Counted from the stretch's first letter, positions 1-15,840 are shown. The stretch is 64,000 nucleotides of DNA from the human T2T-CHM13v2.0 reference genome, Homo sapiens (GCF_009914755.1 NC_060928.1); one strand, 5' to 3'. A program made the numbers and translations. The notes: generated by a model not told the origin, from the sequence alone.

Positions 1-2494
1 GACCATTGATGCTAGGAAAAAACTGCATCAACTAACAGGCAAAATAACCAGCTAACATCATAATGACAGGATCAAATTCACACATAACAATATTAACCTT
101 AAATGTAAATGGGCTAAATGCCCCAATTAAAAGACACAGACTGGCAAATTGGATAGAGTCAAGACCTATCAATGTGCTGTATTCAGGAGACCCATCTCAC
201 ATGCAAAGACACACATAGGCTCAAAATAAACGGATGGAGGAATATTTACCAAGCAAATGGAAAGCAAAAAAAAAAAAAAAAAAAGCAAGGGTTGCAATCC
301 TAGTCTCTGATAAAACAGACTTTAAACCAAAAAAGGTCAAAAAAGACAAAGAAGAGCATTACATAATGGTAAAGGGATCAATGCAACAAGAAGAGCTAAC
401 TATCCTAAATATATATGCACCCAATACAGGAGCACCCAGATTCACAAAGCAAGCTCTTAGAGAGCTATAAAGAGACTTAGACTCCCACACAATAATAGTG
501 GGAGACTTTAACACCCCATTGTCAATATTAGACAGATCAACGAGACAGAAAATTAACAAGGATATTCAGGACTTGAACTCAGCTCTGGACCAAGCAGACC
601 TAATAGACATTTACAGAATTCTCCACCCTAAATCAACAGAATATACATTCTTCTCAGCACCACATAGCACTTATTCTACAATTGACCACATAATTGGAAG
701 TACAACATGCCTCAGCAAATGCAAACAGAAATCATAACAAACAGTCTCTCAGACCACAGTGCAATCAAATTAGAACTCAGGATTAAGAAACTCACCGAAA
801 ACTGCACAACTACATGGAAACTGAACAACCTGCTCCCAAATGACTACTGGGGGGTAAATAACAAAATTAAGGAAGAAATAAATACGTTATTTGAAACCAA
901 TGAGAACAGAGACACAACGTACCAGAATCTCTGGGGCACCGCTAAAGCAGTGTTTAGAGGGAAATTTATAGCACTAAATGCCCACAGGAGAAAGCAGGAA
1001 AGATCTAAAATCGACACCCTAATATCACAATTGAAAGAACTAGAGAAGCAAGAGCAAACAAATTCAAAAGCTAGCAAAAGGCAAGAAATAACTAAGATCA
1101 GAGCAAAACTGAAGGAGACAGAGACACAAAAACCCCTTCAAAAACTCAATGAATCCAGGAGCTGGTTTTTTGAAAAGATTGACAAAATAGATAGACCACT
1201 AGCCAGACTAATAAAGAAGAAAAGAGAGAAGACTCAAATAGACACAATAAAAATGATAAAGAGGATATCACCACTGATCCCACAGAAATACAAACTACCA
1301 TCAGAGAATACTATAAACACCTCTACGCAAATAGACTAGAAAATCTGGAAAAAATGGATAAATTCTGGGACACATACACCCTCGCAAGACTAAACCAGGA
1401 AGAAGCCGAATCCCTGAATAAACCAATAACATGTTCTGAAATTGAGGCAGAAATTGATAGCCTACCAACCAAAAAAAGCCCAGGACCAGAAGGATTTACA
1501 GCCAAATTGTACCAGAGGTACACAGAGGAGCTGGTACCATTACTTCTGAAACTATTCCAAACAACAGAAAAAGAAGGACTCCTCCCTAACACATTTTATG
1601 AGGCAAGCATCATCCTGACACCAAAACCTGGCAGAGACACAACAAAAAAAGAAAATTTCAGGCCAATACCCCTGATGAACATCAGTGCGAAAATTCTCAA
1701 TAAAATGCTGGCAAATTGGATCCAGAAGCACATCAAAAAGCTTATCAACCATGATCAAGTCAGCTTCATCCCTGGGATGCAAGGCTGGTTCAACATATGC
1801 AAATCAATAAACATAATCCATCACATAAACAGAACCAATGAAAAAACCACATGATTATCTCAATAGATGCAGAAAAGGCCTTTGATAAAATTCAACACCC
1901 CTTCATGCTAAAAACTCTCAATACACTAGGTATTGACAGAATGTATCTCAAAATAATAAGAACTATTTATGACAAACCCACAGTCAATATCATACTGAAT
2001 GGGCAAAAGCTGGAAGCATTCTCTTTGAAAACCGGCACAAGACAAGGATGCCCTCTCTCACCACTCTTATTCAACATAGTATTCGAAGTTCTGGACAGGG
2101 CAATAAGGCAAGAGAAAGAAATAAAGGGTATTCAAATAGGAAGAAAGGAAGTCAAATTGTCTCTGTTTGCAGATGACATGATTGCATATTTAGAAAACTC
2201 CATCGTCTCAGCCCAAAATCTCCTTAAGCTAATAAGCAACTTCAGCAAATTCTCAGGCTACAAAGTCAATGTGCACAAATCACAAGCATTCCTATACACC
2301 AATAATAGACAAACAGAGAGCCAAATCATGAATGAACTCCCATTCACAATTGCTACAAAGAGAATAAAATACCTAGGAATCCAATTTACAAGGGATGTGA
2401 AGACCTCTTCAAGGAGTACTACAAACCACTGCTCAAGGAAATAAGAGAGGACACAAACAAATGGAAAAACATTCCATGCTCATGGATAGGATGA

Positions 2495-2632
<138 letters not shown>

Positions 2633-3150
2633 TAGCAAAGACAATCCTAAGCAAAAAGAACAAAGCTGGAGGCATCATGCTACCCGACTTCAAACTATAC
2701 TACAAGGCTACAGTAACCAAAACAGCATGGTACTGGTTCCAAAACAGATACATAGACCAATGGAACAGAACAGAGGCCTCAGAAACAACGCCACACATCT
2801 GACAAAATTTGATCTTTGACAAATCTGACAAAAACAAGCAACGGGGAAAGGATTCCCTATTTAATAAATGGTGTTGGGAAAACTGGCTAGCCATATGCAG
2901 AAAACTGAAACTGGACCCTTTTCTTATACCTTTATACAAAAATTAACTCAAGATGGATTAAAGACTTAAATGTAAGACCTAAAACCATAAAAAACCCTAG
3001 AAGAAAACCTAGACAATACCATTCAGGACATAGACATGGGCAAAGACTTCATGACTAAAACACCAAAAGCAATGGCAACAAAAGCCAAAATTGACCAATG
3101 GAATGTAATTAAACTAAAGAGCTTCTGCACAGCAAAAGAAACTATCATCA

Positions 3151-3727
<577 letters not shown>

Positions 3728-5064
3728 CTATCATCAGAGTGAACAGGCAAATTACAGAATGGAAGAAAATTTTTGCAATCTATCCATCTGACAAAGGGAT
3801 AATATCCAGAATCTACAAGGAACTTAAACAAATCTACAAGAAAAAAAAAAAACATCAAAAAGTGGGCAAAGGATATGAACAGACACTTCTCAAAAGAAGA
3901 CAATTATGTGGCCAACAAACATATGAAAAAAAGCTCATTAGAGAAATGTAAATCAAAACCATAATAAGATACCATCTCACACCAGTTAGAATGGCAATCA
4001 TTAAAAAGTCAGGAAACAACAGATGCTGGAGAGGATGTGGAGTAATAGGAACACTTTTACATCGTTGGTGGGAGCGTAAATTAGTTGAACCATTGTGGAA
4101 GACAATGTGGCGGTTCCTCAAGGATCTAGAACCAGAAATACCATTTGACCCAGCCATCCCATTACTGGGTATATACCCAAAGGATTATAAACCATTCTAC
4201 TATAAAGACACATGCACATGTATGTTTATTGCAGCACACTTCACAATAGCAAAAACTTGGAACCAACCCAAATGCCCATCATTGATAGACTGGATAAAGA
4301 AAATGTGACACATATACACCATGGAATACTATGCAGCCATAAAAAGGATGAGTTCATGTCCTTTGCAAGGACATGGATGAATCTGGAAGCCATCATTCTC
4401 AGCAAAGTAACACAGGAACAGAAAATCAAACACTGCATGTCCTCACTCATAAGTGGGAGTTGAACAATGAGAACACATGGACACAGGGAGGGGAACATCA
4501 CACACTGGAGCCTGTTGGAGGGTGGGGGGCTAGGGGAGGGATAGCATTAGGAGAAATACCTAATGTAGATGACGGGTTGATGGGTGCAGCAAACCACCAT
4601 GGCACGTGTATACTTATGTAACAAACGTGCACGTTCTGCACATGTATCCCAGAACTTAAAGTATAATAATCATTTTTAAAAAAGAAATACTTTTCTCTCC
4701 AATTTTCCTGAAAACAAAGAAATAAAGATGGCAGACAGTTCTAGTATGAAGTGTTATTGAAGTGCTAAATTAGCAAGTTTCCCTGCATTTTTAGTTGAAT
4801 ACTATTTACAGTAGTAAATAAAATAAAATAAACAATTTTATTTTTAAAACATTTTCAGTAAAATTTTGAATATGCTCAAATAACACTACCCCTGAGGTAG
4901 AGTTGGATCAGTCTGTTGTTAACAGGCCTTGGTTTCATTTTAAGTTTAACAAAGACTGTTTCCCCAACATTTCCATGGAAACTGAACTTCTTAGCACCTA
5001 TAATAATGTGTCCCCTCATATAACAATAATTTATTTTGCTTATACTATAAAGGCCTATAATGGT

Positions 5065-5300
5065 TAGAAGGAGGCTCCAGAGTCAGAGGGGTTCAAATTC
5101 AAGCTCCACATTATTAGCTTAGAGACCCTCAATGAGTTACAGAAAAGCTCTGTGCTTCTGGTTCCTCATTTGCAACATGGATATAACAGTATTTATCCCA
5201 TGAGGTCTTACGAATATTAAGTGAGATTAATGTATGTGGAGTACTTAGAAATAGACCTGGATCATAATAAGCACATAGCTAATGTTAGCCATTATTAATA
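5065..5300 (+). mobile_element. MIR SINE
   Basis: GGTTCAAATTCAAGCTCC...TTCCTCATTTGCAACATGG...ATGTTAGCCATTATT resembles the MIR core and 3' end. Confidence 0.7.
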
Positions 5301-6079
5301 TTAGATGTTGCAAGGATACACGAAGAATCAGAGTTCTGGCCCTGAGGGAGGCTGGCTTTATGACTATTAATAATGATAACATAAATAAGGATAGTATTAT
5401 GCCTTTTGCATGCATAGCATTATTTGCATGCATTAACTTTTCTGATTGTGCTACAACTCTGTGAGACAGAGCTCAGACCCATTAGATAGCTCAAGAAACT
5501 GAGGTCCAGGAGAACAATTCAAATGACAGGATTCCCCACTATAGAGATTTTAGCTAAGGGCTAAGGGAGGCTTTGTTCTAAAGGTACAAATTAGAGAAAA
5601 AGGTCTAAATAGCATCAGTCCTCACAATATGATCCAATGGGGAAAAACTAGTTGAGAGTTTGTGACCTCCTTTTTAGTTGACAAAGTAATTTGGACGGGT
5701 TTGGAGTTTTTAATGGTATAGTAAAACTTGAGTAATCATTAATCAAGGCATGAATTGTAAGTAACTTATTTTTTTTTCAGAGAAAATGACTGAAAGAAAA
5801 TTCCAAAAGCAGCACTGTGAAAACTGTTTTAGCAGCCATATCCTAAGAGTTCATGAAATATGATTATTCCCCAGACAAGTCTAGGTTTCCAGCTTCAAAA
5901 TCATATTAGAGTCCCAAGACAGGAAGTTAGCACTTTTTTGCCCCTCAAATACAAATGAAGAGAAGATCACTATTTGAAAATACTATGCTTGTAACAAAAA
6001 TGGTAGAATTTGTAGCAATTTATATAATAAATCCTGGCCCCTTTTATGCATTACTATACAGAAATATTATTAAATAGTT

Positions 6080-6450
6080 ATATTTTTATTAGTTTTTTGG
6101 AACTATATAAAAACATTTTTATTGTGGAAAATTATGAAAAAGAAAATGAAAAACCACCCTAAATTCCACAACCCCAAAATAAAGTCAATACTGTAATGTT
6201 TTTTATATGCATGTTATGCACATGTGCACGTATACTTATGTACATTACCTCTACTTACAATGTCATTTGACTTTCTGCAAATTATTTTTTAACAATATTT
6301 TTTACGTCATCATAAACTGCTTTCTCTCACCACTGGGATACTGTGTACGCTGCTTTGTCCTGCTTGCTTTTCATTTTTATATTCAATATTATATCGGGAG
6401 CATTTCCCAGGTTACGAAGTATTGTTTGAAGCGGTATTTTTAGTGGCCTT
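6080..6450 (-). mobile_element. Old L1ME-type 3' fragment
   Basis: AT-rich degenerate similarity to L1ME 3'UTR. Confidence 0.4.
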
Positions 6451-8708
6451 TCTATGTTGCTCTCTCACCTTTTTTAAATAGTAAGTGGATTCAAGAATGT
6501 TCTGCCTTTCAAATCTCTCTGATACAATATGGAGATCTAAGTTTCATGACCCCCTGATAACACCAATTAGCACATGTAAAATTGTCTCAAGCAACTTAGG
6601 AATGTAATTAATATTGCCTTAAAATATCAGAGGAAAGCTTTTAGTTAAGAGTAATTCCTTCTGTTTGCATTTTTAAAGGCCTGTTTTGAGTACTTCAAAT
6701 CCTTTGGCGATAAAAGCTTTCCTTAGCTTTATGGGTTTCCCTGCCTAAAAAGTAAAGGTAAAAGTAAAATATTATTATGAAATTCTTACAAAAAATCTAA
6801 TTGCATCAGTTATTACTTTTTAAAAATATGTTCCTGGGTGAATATTGTCCATAATATTGTATTTTGAAATCATTTTGTAGTTTTATATACACACAAGAGT
6901 GATCTCCGCAAAATTTGAGTTTGACTTGGCTATTTCTTGCTCTCAAGCCACGTGTTACATACATATTCAATCCACATATATCTCTGACTATTCATCCAAA
7001 TAAAGTTGGCTCCTTTTCATCAAGAAATCTTTTCCCCACTGGGGTAAATACACATCTAAACCTACAAAAAGTCTACTTAGCACCAGTTACTCTGTAACAT
7101 AGCAAGGTACACTTTCTTCTAATTTGCTAGCTCCCCAACTGAAAAAGGCTTTGTTGAAATCTAACTTTATTGGTTCTGGTTGGAAATTGAGCTATATGTA
7201 GTGGATATGCTGATTTTAAAAAAGAAAGAAAGAACTACAATAATGGTGGTGTGGTCCCTTGAGAATACATTTGTTTCTGCAGTATAAAACAAAATTAAAT
7301 TCTTCAATCTCAAAAACTATTAAAAGGTTGTATTTAAAATGCATGAAGCATTAAAAAGACATCAAAATTAAAATAATCTCATAAATCTCTTCATTTAAAA
7401 GACTTATTAGAATACAGATCGAGGCAGAAAACAGCTGCCCAGCCCTCCAGAGCAGTAAATTATAACTATTTTAACTTTTTTCATTTTCATCATTGAAAAT
7501 TCTTTTCCAGAATAATTGTATTGCTGTAGCAAGACCAACTGTCCCACATATTTAACATGTGAGTAGTAAATTGCTTTCAATGAACTCCGAAACAGATACG
7601 CTGTATATTCTTTTAAAGATCAGCCAACCACAGGGTTATGCCCTGACAAAGGATACAGAAGGTACAAGCAGAAATTAGTTTTTAATGTAAAATTGATCAA
7701 AATAATTAATTATTTCAATTCACTTTGCCAGAGCACCAGGGGAGCCTTAGGAGAAACCTGATAGTTTTCCTATAGAAAACCTGATAGTAAGAATTTTATT
7801 GTCATTCGCTTTTTTCCTGGATCTGCCAGCTAAAACCCAATGAAAAAAATTATCATGGGAAGGACAGTTACATGTGTCCAATTGCCGTCAGTCATTAAAA
7901 CTTGAATGTCTTTTGTAAATGACTGACAACTAGGTGAAGGCTTTTTTAAAAAAAAATAAAGATTCTCACTTCATAGACCACCATGTGTCAGTCTTGATTG
8001 TACTGGAGCATTCCTTGGAGTACAATTAAACTATCATGTTGATTGCACCTCAGTGCAGTAGAATCCTGAAAAGAGGAAAAGAAAAGCCAGATGGCTAACC
8101 ATGATGCCTCATGCCTGTTGCCCCTCCTCATATTCTTGAAAAATATACTGTGAAATGAGCAGAGCTATTTTTTATAGAAAGCAGCCAGATATGCTTTGAA
8201 AGTCTCATCAGGCGATAAAAGGTATGTTCCCATAAAGCTGCCTCCCATTTTTATCACCTTCCCTTCTGTAGGCGCACTCTGACATCATTCCTCCTTAACA
8301 GAGATAAGATTAGTAAACAGTGGGCTTTATTAGGAGCTACTTAGAACATCATTAATCCAATTTAATTGATGGTGTAGTGGTACCAGATCTTTTTGTCCTT
8401 TCTCTTTCTGGAAGACAACATGGGTAGCAGAATCAGACTTCTTTCCAGAAACAGCATCTATCTTTGGAATTCTGCACACTTTCCCGTTGCCTCAGCGCGC
8501 ACAGGCTGAGCAAAGCTCCTTATCTAAGACTCTGAAAAGGATAACAGGACTGCTCGAGTATAAAAACTGCAAGTATTTTATTTATCTCTCTTTCTTTCTG
8601 CTTAGATTACCATTATCTTTGGTCACTGAATTTTGTCTCTTAGGCTTCAAATGAAGAGCGAAGTCAACCAGATGGTACAGCTCTAAACCCCATGGATTAC
8701 TGCTCCAT

Positions 8709-8712
<4 letters not shown>

Positions 8713-8740
<28 letters not shown>
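8713..8740. repeat. (CA)n microsatellite
   Basis: About 14 CA units. Confidence 0.97.
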
Positions 8741-8742
<2 letters not shown>

Positions 8743-8810
8743 CTTTTTCTGGCCTTTCTTTGGCTTTACCTTACCTTAGGGTTAACTTGCTCATGAATGG
8801 TTTCTGATGA

Positions 8811-9170
8811 TTCTACAACCTTCCTGGCAAAATATTTATGCTGAAGAACAATGCAGGTGCTACAAAGGCCTCAGTAACTACTACTTATGCTGCAGCTGAA
8901 ATGGGAGTCAAGCAAATGAGCTGTTGAAAACCAAGCTAGAGATCTGCAGGAGGAGGGGAAATTGCATGAAATAATTGTGAACATGAATTTCAATTCCATC
9001 CATTCATTCTTTTCTATAGCCACATAGAAGCCATTGAAGAAGCCACGGAGATAGATTGAGAAACGGCCCTTCCTGTAAAAGGCTTCCAATCAAAATAGAC
9101 ACAGGCATATGAATATAGCCCTGTGATAACTAAGACAAGAATAACATAACATACGCACCCTTGCACACTG
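8811..9170 (-). pseudogene. Possible highly decayed PIF/Harbinger (DDE_Tnp_4-like) transposase relic
   Basis: Ordered minus-strand motifs RKGRFS (9057-9074), NFPSS (8949-8963), LLDS (~8904-8915), LLRP (8866-8877), ARKVVE (8811-8828); spacing imperfect. Confidence 0.35.
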
Positions 9171-9528
9171 CATGGTAATAGTATTAAATCAATTGTTAAG
9201 CAATGTCCTATGGGCATGCGTGATTAACTCTCACTAGAGGGATCAGGGAAGACTTCATAAAGGAGGATGCAAAGGAGTTCCATTATTAGTGAGTAGGGAA
9301 AAGGGCACCTAGGATTAAGGAACAGCATGGGCAAACACACAGAGAAGTGAAAACACTTGGAACAGATTCCTGCTGCCCCATTTCTGTCGTCAGTACCACA
9401 TGCACAATTCTTGCCACGTCCTTGTGTCATCTGTACTAGTATTTGCTTAACGTTCTTTTTAAGTGACTCCATTTTTACTGAAATAGTTTTTTTAAAGAAT
9501 AATTTATGGCATAAAAAAGAAAATTTTC

Positions 9529-9655
9529 GCCGGGCATAGTGGCTCACATCTGTCATCTCAATGTTTTGGGAGGCCAAGGCAGGAGGATGGCGTGAGGCCA
9601 GGAGTTTGAGACCAGCCTGGGCAACATAGCAAGACCCTGTTTCTACAAAAAATAT
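9529..9655 (+). mobile_element. Free left Alu monomer (FLAM-like)
   Basis: Single ~125-bp Alu monomer ending in an A-rich tail. Confidence 0.85.
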
Positions 9656-10389
9656 ATATGTTAAAGAGAAATTTTATGGCACTAATTTAAATAAAAGCCC
9701 AGTGTCACTTCCCCCAAGTAAGAAGTAACTGTAAAGATAATAAATGAGAACAAAACCATGGCCCTCCAGCTAAATACTTTGTCTGAGCCTGCTTTCTCTT
9801 TGCTACAAAAGAAAGTGAGAATGTCAATATGTTAATGACTCCCCCATATGCAACTAAGAATTCTTCCTCAAGGGATTCCAAAGGGGTGAGAGAGAATTCT
9901 AAACTGCATAAATTACTCATGTGGTAACTCGGGTTTACTCACGGCCATGTTAGTGTACCACCTAAGGTCATTTTGAGTCATTATCCCACACTCTGGGAAA
10001 CCATGAGATCCAAGGAGCTGGCTGAGAGAAGGATACAAGGAGAGAGAAGGCAGAAAGCAGATTTGTAACTTGTATGGACCCTGAAGTTCACGTCTAGGGA
10101 CCCTGAAGTTCATGCTTAGCACTTCACGACCTTCACTTGAGGTGCTAAGAAGTCATTTCAGGTAGACAGATCTTTAAGAAGAAAACGCTGGTTGTGGTAC
10201 TAAAGATAATTGAACAGAGAAGAGATGAAAAGCTAAGAGATCAGCTCATTTGAGATAAGCCAAGCATCTTAACTAAAGTAATAGGAGAAGGGATGGAGAA
10301 TAGGTAAATGTTCCTCCCCAATGGTACCACGCTTGCACGCTGTATGTTTTCCATACTGCTCCGTCCTTTACATGAACCAAGTCATTATG

Positions 10390-10572
10390 ACTGCATTTTA
10401 TCAAATCTAAGATGCTATCAATTGTGAGATGCACCATTATTTTATATGCCACTAAGAAAGAAAAATGCTGCCAATTAAATGATGATACACCATCACTTGT
10501 AAGAAGCATCCAATTTCAGAGATGCTAAAATGTGGGGGAAAAAATGCTTGGCTTGGAATCAGTGAGACACAT
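10390..10572. mobile_element. Tc2-family MITE (MER104-like)
   Basis: Degenerate terminal inverted repeats CTGCATTTTATCAAATCTAAGATGC ... GGCTTGGAATCAGTGAGACAC; ~180 bp. Confidence 0.6.
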
Positions 10573-10719
10573 TATTAATCACTATTGCTTAAAAGCAAAT
10601 AATATAGAGCTTGGGAGTTAATTGGTTTTCAAAAACAATGAAAAAGCATATCTTGTACAATGTCCTTCCTGATATAACTAGAGCTATAAATTGTCAGCCT
10701 CTTGAGATAAGACAACATA

Positions 10720-10840
10720 AAACAGTGGTTCAGACCTGAGCTAGAAATACCTGGGTTCAAGTCCTACTTCTGCCACTCACCAGCTGTGGCACCTTAGACG
10801 AATAACAAACTTCCAAAACTTCTGTTGGTTTATCTGTAGC
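10720..10840 (+). mobile_element. MIR fragment
   Basis: CCTGGGTTCAAGTCCTACTTCTGCCACTCACCAGCTGTG. Confidence 0.7.
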
Positions 10841-13051
10841 ATCTTCTTTGTATTTTTCAATATGTAAAAACCCTCCCAAAGGAAAACTCAAAGTAAGGAC
10901 CCTGAGCATTTCCCCGCCTAGATTAATCCAAACTGATTTTTAATGAAAGCTAATTATTATGTGTAACTAATATTATCAGTGGTAATACAGTTAGTAAAAT
11001 AGTTTGTCCTCTTTTCCTTATTATACCCAAAGAGCCACAGTGCCCACAGGTCTTAGGTTATCATCATCACATCAGTGGATTGATGCTCACTTAAATAATA
11101 TAGTATATGAGGACTGATCACTGACAAATAAGTTGGGGTCCATATGGTTGGATTCATTTGGGTTGGTCAATGTACAACCCCAGATTCAAGCTCCATGAGA
11201 TTTTCTGTTCCAAGGCTCCTCCTGGACATTAATAAGTCTGTAAATGTGAATCATTCTGAAGACAAAATGTGGAATTATCTATCTCCATGCTACTGTGGAA
11301 ATAGGAAGCTGTTCTTCCAACGGACAGAGCAGCATCTCTTTAATTTGTGGATTACCACACCAGGTGTTTTCAAGCTGGGACACGATCTGAGCCTCACACC
11401 AAGCCAGGGAGTTAAGACAGGCATTGCTGTTCCAACTCACGGAAGAGGAAGTTGAGGTTCAGGGAGGACACAGTGGAGCTTGTCCAATGTCACACCATTG
11501 TAAGTGGCAGGGCCTGGAAGGAAGCTCAAGTATGGCTCCAAATGTGGTGCTCACCTTGCCCCTCCATGCTTCCACATGACTAAAAAACAATATTCTTTAA
11601 AAAATAATTACATTATTTTTCTCTCCACCTGCATTCTACCTTCTCATTTTTGGTTGGTAACTCACTCTTGATCAGTCTTCCAAGCCTTCACACTGGCCTT
11701 CAATCCATTGCTCACCTCCTTCTAGTGCTCTGAAGATGCAACAAGTGTCCGAGAGACTCAACCTGTTACTGATCCCACATCTCCTGGGGCAGAGCCGGGC
11801 AGACACTGGGTCCTTGGTCATCAGGGTGCCGGGGACAGTGCTGTTCTCAGGTAGAGCCACCAGGGAGCAGGGTGACTCAGTGTGCAGCCAACCTGCTCCA
11901 GAGCAGGTGTGCAGTCCAAACCCTTAGAGCAAGTGCAGGACGATGGGGGCGGCTCAGAGGCAGCAGCGCGTCAAGGAATATGGTAGTTCAGTATATGACT
12001 TACACATGCTCATTCTAGATTTGCTTCTGCAGCTGACGAGCTGGGGAGTGCTAGGCAAATCGCTTCCCCCAGTCTCTAAGAGAAGGTCTCTAAGAGTTGT
12101 TGACTCGTGACCTTTATAGTCCAGCACTAAAGTACTCCCATAGCATCCTTCCTGTGGGTGACCTCCCTGGGCAGATCAAATGCCACAACGTTCACAAAAT
12201 GCTCACAACTGAAAGAATGCCGACATGGCTGTCTGTGAAGCATCCTCTAATAGATAGATGGTATCATCAAAATCTTCTCCAGCTAAAGAAGAATTCCTAT
12301 TTTAGGATGTCTCCCATTTTTTTTTTCTTCTGAGACCTGAGCAAGCAGGATTCAGAGAACCCTAGCTATCAGTTTAGGGGGCAAAGAGCACCGCATTGCT
12401 CCCCACAGCTCACACTTCAAACACACAGCATCTAACCCTCTCCCTGGTACCCCTTCTCTATTCCCTTTCGGCTTTTTTGATTCCTTCATAAAAAGGTCCT
12501 CTAATTTCTGCAACTAAAACACTAAAGAAGTCTATAGACTCAAACAGAACTTGCACAAATCCTGGTCCCTTTTGGTGTGATGAGGAGAGCTTTTCATCAC
12601 TCTCCAGTTACAAAATGGTACTCTCATGCATCCTCTATTCCAAGACTCTCAGAAACACAATTTTTCTGCTTTACAATTAACATGATAAAGTGTCAATAAC
12701 TTTAGAATAAAGTGATTAGCAAACAGTTAAGAAAAACAACTAAGCCAAATGACTCCATGCACATGAGACATGAACCAAAATTACACAAAAGATAAAAAAT
12801 AAATGGCTAATAAATTATAGAATAAAATTTCAGCACACACTAGTAATCAAAGAAGAGTAAATTAAAATATGACGCAATCTTAAATGACTGACAATATTAC
12901 AAAACTTATTATACCCAGCGTTGATAAGAGTGACATAAATGAGGCCTCTGAGTCTACTGGAACCGGCCAATTTTCCTGAAAACAATGTAGAAGAATACAT
13001 TAAAAGTCCTATGCTTGCACTGAGATGCAAACATGAGGAGGAGGATTTATA

Positions 13052-13460
13052 ATGTACTATGATCCTCCAATATCCACTCTCCCCTTCCTCTTTAGGAATA
13101 AATCCCCAATTTTTTAACTGGGTACATGGCCATTTGTAATAAAGATTACATTTTCTAGTCTCTCTTGTACCTAGCTGTGGCTCTGTAAATGTGTTCCATC
13201 CTAAGGAATGTAAGTGGGAATGAGGGGTGCAAATTCCAAGTGATATCCTTAAAAAGAGACATACTTTCTTCTCCCTCTTGCTCACTCTTTCCTTCTGGCT
13301 GGAACGGATGACTAGCGCTCCAGCAGCCATCTTGGTTGTTGAGGTGGTTTTAAAATGAAAGTCAGATGTGGTGGAGCAACAAGGTAGAAAGATCTGCACC
13401 TACAACCTCCAACCTTTTTGAGTCACAGTAATTTGAAGTTTTACTTGCAGCCAAATCTAA
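13052..13460 (+). mobile_element. MaLR LTR (MLT1J/I-like)
   Basis: ATTACATTTTCTAGTCTCTCTTGTACCTAGCTGTGGC and GCTCCAGCAGCCATCTTG are typical old MLT1 blocks. Confidence 0.65.
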
Positions 13461-13579
13461 CTGCAGACAACATAAGTATTAATAGCAAATATAGTGCAAA
13501 ATATTTTGCTTAAAACAGCGAGATGCAAAACAGTGTATAAAATGCTAGTACTTACATAAAAAGAGGAAAACTAAAAGGC

Positions 13580-13760
13580 TATGTGGTAACTAGGTCTATA
13601 CTGACTCAGGCCTCCCTGTGTTCACATCCTTATATAGTCCCTTCCTACACTGAATATGAGCTTGCCATGTGTCTCATCTAAACCAGTAAACTCTGAAAAA
13701 AGTGACACTGCCAATTCCTAGCCTAAGCCTTAACAAGACCTAGCCGCTTCTGTCAAGATG
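13580..13760 (+). mobile_element. MLT1 LTR 5' fragment within an old L1M tract
   Basis: TGTGGTA...GTGTTCACATCCTTATATAGTCCCTTCCTACACTGAAT. Confidence 0.5.
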
Positions 13761-15412
13761 CTCTTTGCAGAATTGTTTATAATAGCAAATAAATAAATCC
13801 AACTTTATAAGAACATTTACACTGTGGAATTTCTTTATTAACATATATAGCACAATGATGGGAAATGATTATTATATAGAAAAAAAGATAGCATATAAAA
13901 TCATACTCATATGGAAGACTATGTCTAACCTGTAAAGCAGATCTATAAAATACACAGAAATACTTTATATGTAACAGAATAGATTATATTTAAAAATTAA
14001 CATTTCTGGCCTCTGAGTGAGAGAATAATAGTTAATTTATGGTGGCTCCATTATTCTTTTCAAATTTCTTACAAACAGAATGTTTTACTTTCAATTTTAA
14101 TAATTCTATTTTTATTTCTAGATGTTATACTTGGTCTTCTTTTAAATCTTACTAGTTTTTCTGATATATTTTTGATACATACATTATTTGGGATTAGTCT
14201 GTAATTTTGTTCATGTTTTCAGTTCCCTTCTTTCATTGAACATTCTAAATTTATTTACCATGTCCTCTTTTCTGTAGCATCACAACTCCAATACATGAAG
14301 TACTTGCAGCTCTCATTCTGCTATTTGTGTTTCCCTTGATTCTTAAATACAAGATGACTACATTCTTCATGTGTCTGTAATCCTGGATTGTAAGATCACA
14401 TGAGGCTGATCTGAAACTGTGGGATGCCAGAGGGCCTGGGGTTAAAGTGCATTTCTCCAGCGGTTAATGTGCATTTCTCCACATCTTCTAGGCACTCTGA
14501 GCACCCCAATCCAGGACCTCTAAAATCAAGATTTCTTCCAGATCTCTCAGGCAGGAGAATTTCAACCTCCAAAGCCAAATGAGGGCAGGGCTGTTGTGAA
14601 AATATTAGGAAGAAGATATTTTCCCCACCCAGAGGTAAAGCTAAAATAACTCTCTTGGCCAACAGGAGGATTTATTTTTACTAATATACTTTTTTATAGA
14701 GAATGTAGCCCTGCAAGGGTCCCAGCTGTATTTTAGGATTTCAACTTCCCACACTGCAAGGGCCCAAAGCCTGGTTTCCGGTCCCCAGTCAAAGCACAAG
14801 AATCTAACCCTGTTCTCAGCAAATGCTCTCAGCGAAAACCCTCAGCTTATGCTTCCCGCCAAGCTTCCACCTTCCTATCTGTTTTTAGTCCCTGGAAATT
14901 TCACTCACTTTTTTTGCAGATGTCATGAAAATATGTTAGTTATATTTTATCTAGCATTCTTAGGTCCTTTGAGTGAGGTCATTTACCAGAATACCTGGGC
15001 AACCCACTATATAGCCACAATTGGAAATTTAGGCTGATGTTACTTTTATAATGAGAAAAAAGTATATTAAGTACAAATGAACCTATCCCTACACAATGGG
15101 AGAAATTTCACCTATTAACTGTTCTGAAAATTTCTCTGACAGGTTGCTTTTTCCATAACTAAAAATTATTCAGCATGGAGAGGCAGCTCCAGGAAAAACC
15201 TTACACTTCACTGGGACTGAAGTTAACTAATTTATCACCACAGCAAAAGGACATTATGTGTAAGTCAAGAACTTCCACAGGTGAGCAGAGAAAGTGGGAT
15301 GTGGGATAACATCCAGGGGCCAGAACATTGTAGGTTTTTATTAAATATTTATATTAACAAAATACGAACACTCATTTCCACCAGACAATATTTTGGAAAT
15401 GGGTACCAGTAG

Positions 15413-15776
<364 letters not shown>

Positions 15777-15840
15777 GGGAGGAATCTCTTTAAATATTCT
15801 ATGGAGTAATTCTTAAGTATTCAAAGAGCTGAAATACACT

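Noticed and set aside
12830-13399. 189-aa minus-strand ORF
   Set aside because: Mostly antisense MLT1 LTR sequence with no protein similarity recognised
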